Shown here one piece after another: positions 63,004 to 64,000 of a stretch of DNA of 64,000 nucleotides. The stretch lies in the NCBI GenBank assembly GCA_964036045.1, contig OZ038378.1, positions 21,948,001 through 22,012,000 of the forward strand, given 5' to 3'. The notes under the pieces were generated by a model. That model did no database searches and was not told the origin of the DNA. It worked only from the letters and a program-made list of their open reading frames with translations. The translations under genes and the position numbers were made by a program. Position 1 is the first letter of the stretch, and each line of letters begins with the position of its first letter. Origin of the DNA: Eutreptiella sp. 'Long Island Sound 2002' (Eukaryota > Protista > Euglenida).

Positions 63004-63689
63004 GTGTTGTTCTCCTCTGTGCGTTTCATGTACTGCATCTGGGCCCAATCTTAACATCCCACATGAGGCCGTCGGAATTCTGTGGAGACGAGTTGCGTCC
63101 AACACGGCCTGTCCGAATCTTTTCGACTCTTACCAGGGCTCCGTCGGGCTCTGTTCTCCATTTGCTCTTCAATCGCACCACCAATGCTCTCCCTTTTTGA
63201 CATAACGTCCGTTGGAGCGCTCCCCGGACACGTTGTCGTGCAAGTCATCGATGGGTGGTGAGGTGGTGGGCAACTGCGAGCTCCACGACAAAACCGAGCA
63301 CCATCTCAGCAAGGCATGGCATGATCACAACGTTGCAAGGCATGCAACGGGCACAAAGAGTGCCGATCGCTCCCAACGACAAGCGCTGACACCACAATTC
63401 CCCCCATAGTCCGAGGGGCCGACGGCACCCTCACAACGTTTCCCCCCATTCCTCACTTAGGAAGATTTCTGGAGGGATTTGGGAGTTGTTCACGGTTGCT
63501 GAGGTTTGCAGGTGCCATCACCGATCGTTTCACTGGCAAACAGTCCTAGCATTTCTCCAAAATCATCTTCAAGCCTCCCCTATCCCAAACCTCATTAACC
63601 CTCGACAACCGCTTTGTGATATCTGAGAATCCGCTGTAGACGTCCAAAACCCCGCGCAAGCCTCAACAAATTATGACCGCCCACAGGAA

Positions 63690-63860
63690 CCCACGACAGC
63701 CTCCACTTAGCACGATAAACCTCGGCCCAATTGGCCTAAGTATCAACAAGATTAGAGACTCCCTCCGCGTATGGAGGCAGTAGGATGCGGCTTCACCGTA
63801 GACTTGGCCAATGCCTGCCTTGCAGATCTCGAGAAGCCTAATCCTGAAGCACGGGATTCC
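63690..63860 (+). mobile_element. Possible degenerate LINE APE endonuclease N-terminus
   Basis: LSTINLGPIGLSINKIRDSL resembles the first APE motif (..t.N..gl), followed by stops. Confidence 0.3.
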
Positions 63861-64000
63861 TCAGAGTAACACCAGTCATCGGGTCGGGGCCAGTCATCGG
63901 GTCGGGGTCAGGGCTCGATAGTCGGCGATGGCGCCTACCGAACACAACACTGACCACAATAACACTCAACAACTCCCAGAACCATTCCACAGGCTGCATC

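Overview
Eukaryotic nuclear DNA, almost certainly from a euglenid (Eutreptiella/Euglena-like). The evidence is a near-perfect euglenid spliced-leader (SL) sequence at 30416-30440, TTAGGG-type repeats, GT-AG multi-exon genes and introns full of repeats. Genes I can reconstruct by hand: (1) a minus-strand gene (>=19444 down to <=3572, all resolved introns phase 0) joining a long coiled coil to tandem plant-type EF-hand modules; (2) a plus-strand secreted mosaic protein (from 27433: signal peptide, beta/gamma-crystallin, sushi-like and Cys-rich modules, all resolved introns phase 1); (3) a minus-strand small-exon gene of unknown function (~36.4-39.5 kb); (4) a plus-strand gene ending in a SAM domain (58899); (5) a plus-strand EF-hand gene (62.3-63.0 kb). 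Mobile DNA: a piggyBac transposase with a nonsense codon in its Cys-rich tail, next to phased palindromes and a 130-bp hairpin; a 1.3-kb TIR element with a perfect 8-bp TSD inserted beside it; MITE-like elements; a tandem tRNA-like array; LINE remnants; several satellite families. The most striking observation is an SL-headed, start-codon-mutated mRNA 5' fragment inside an intron, which suggests genomic recycling of trans-spliced cDNA. All family assignments come from visual motif recognition and recall; no searches were run.
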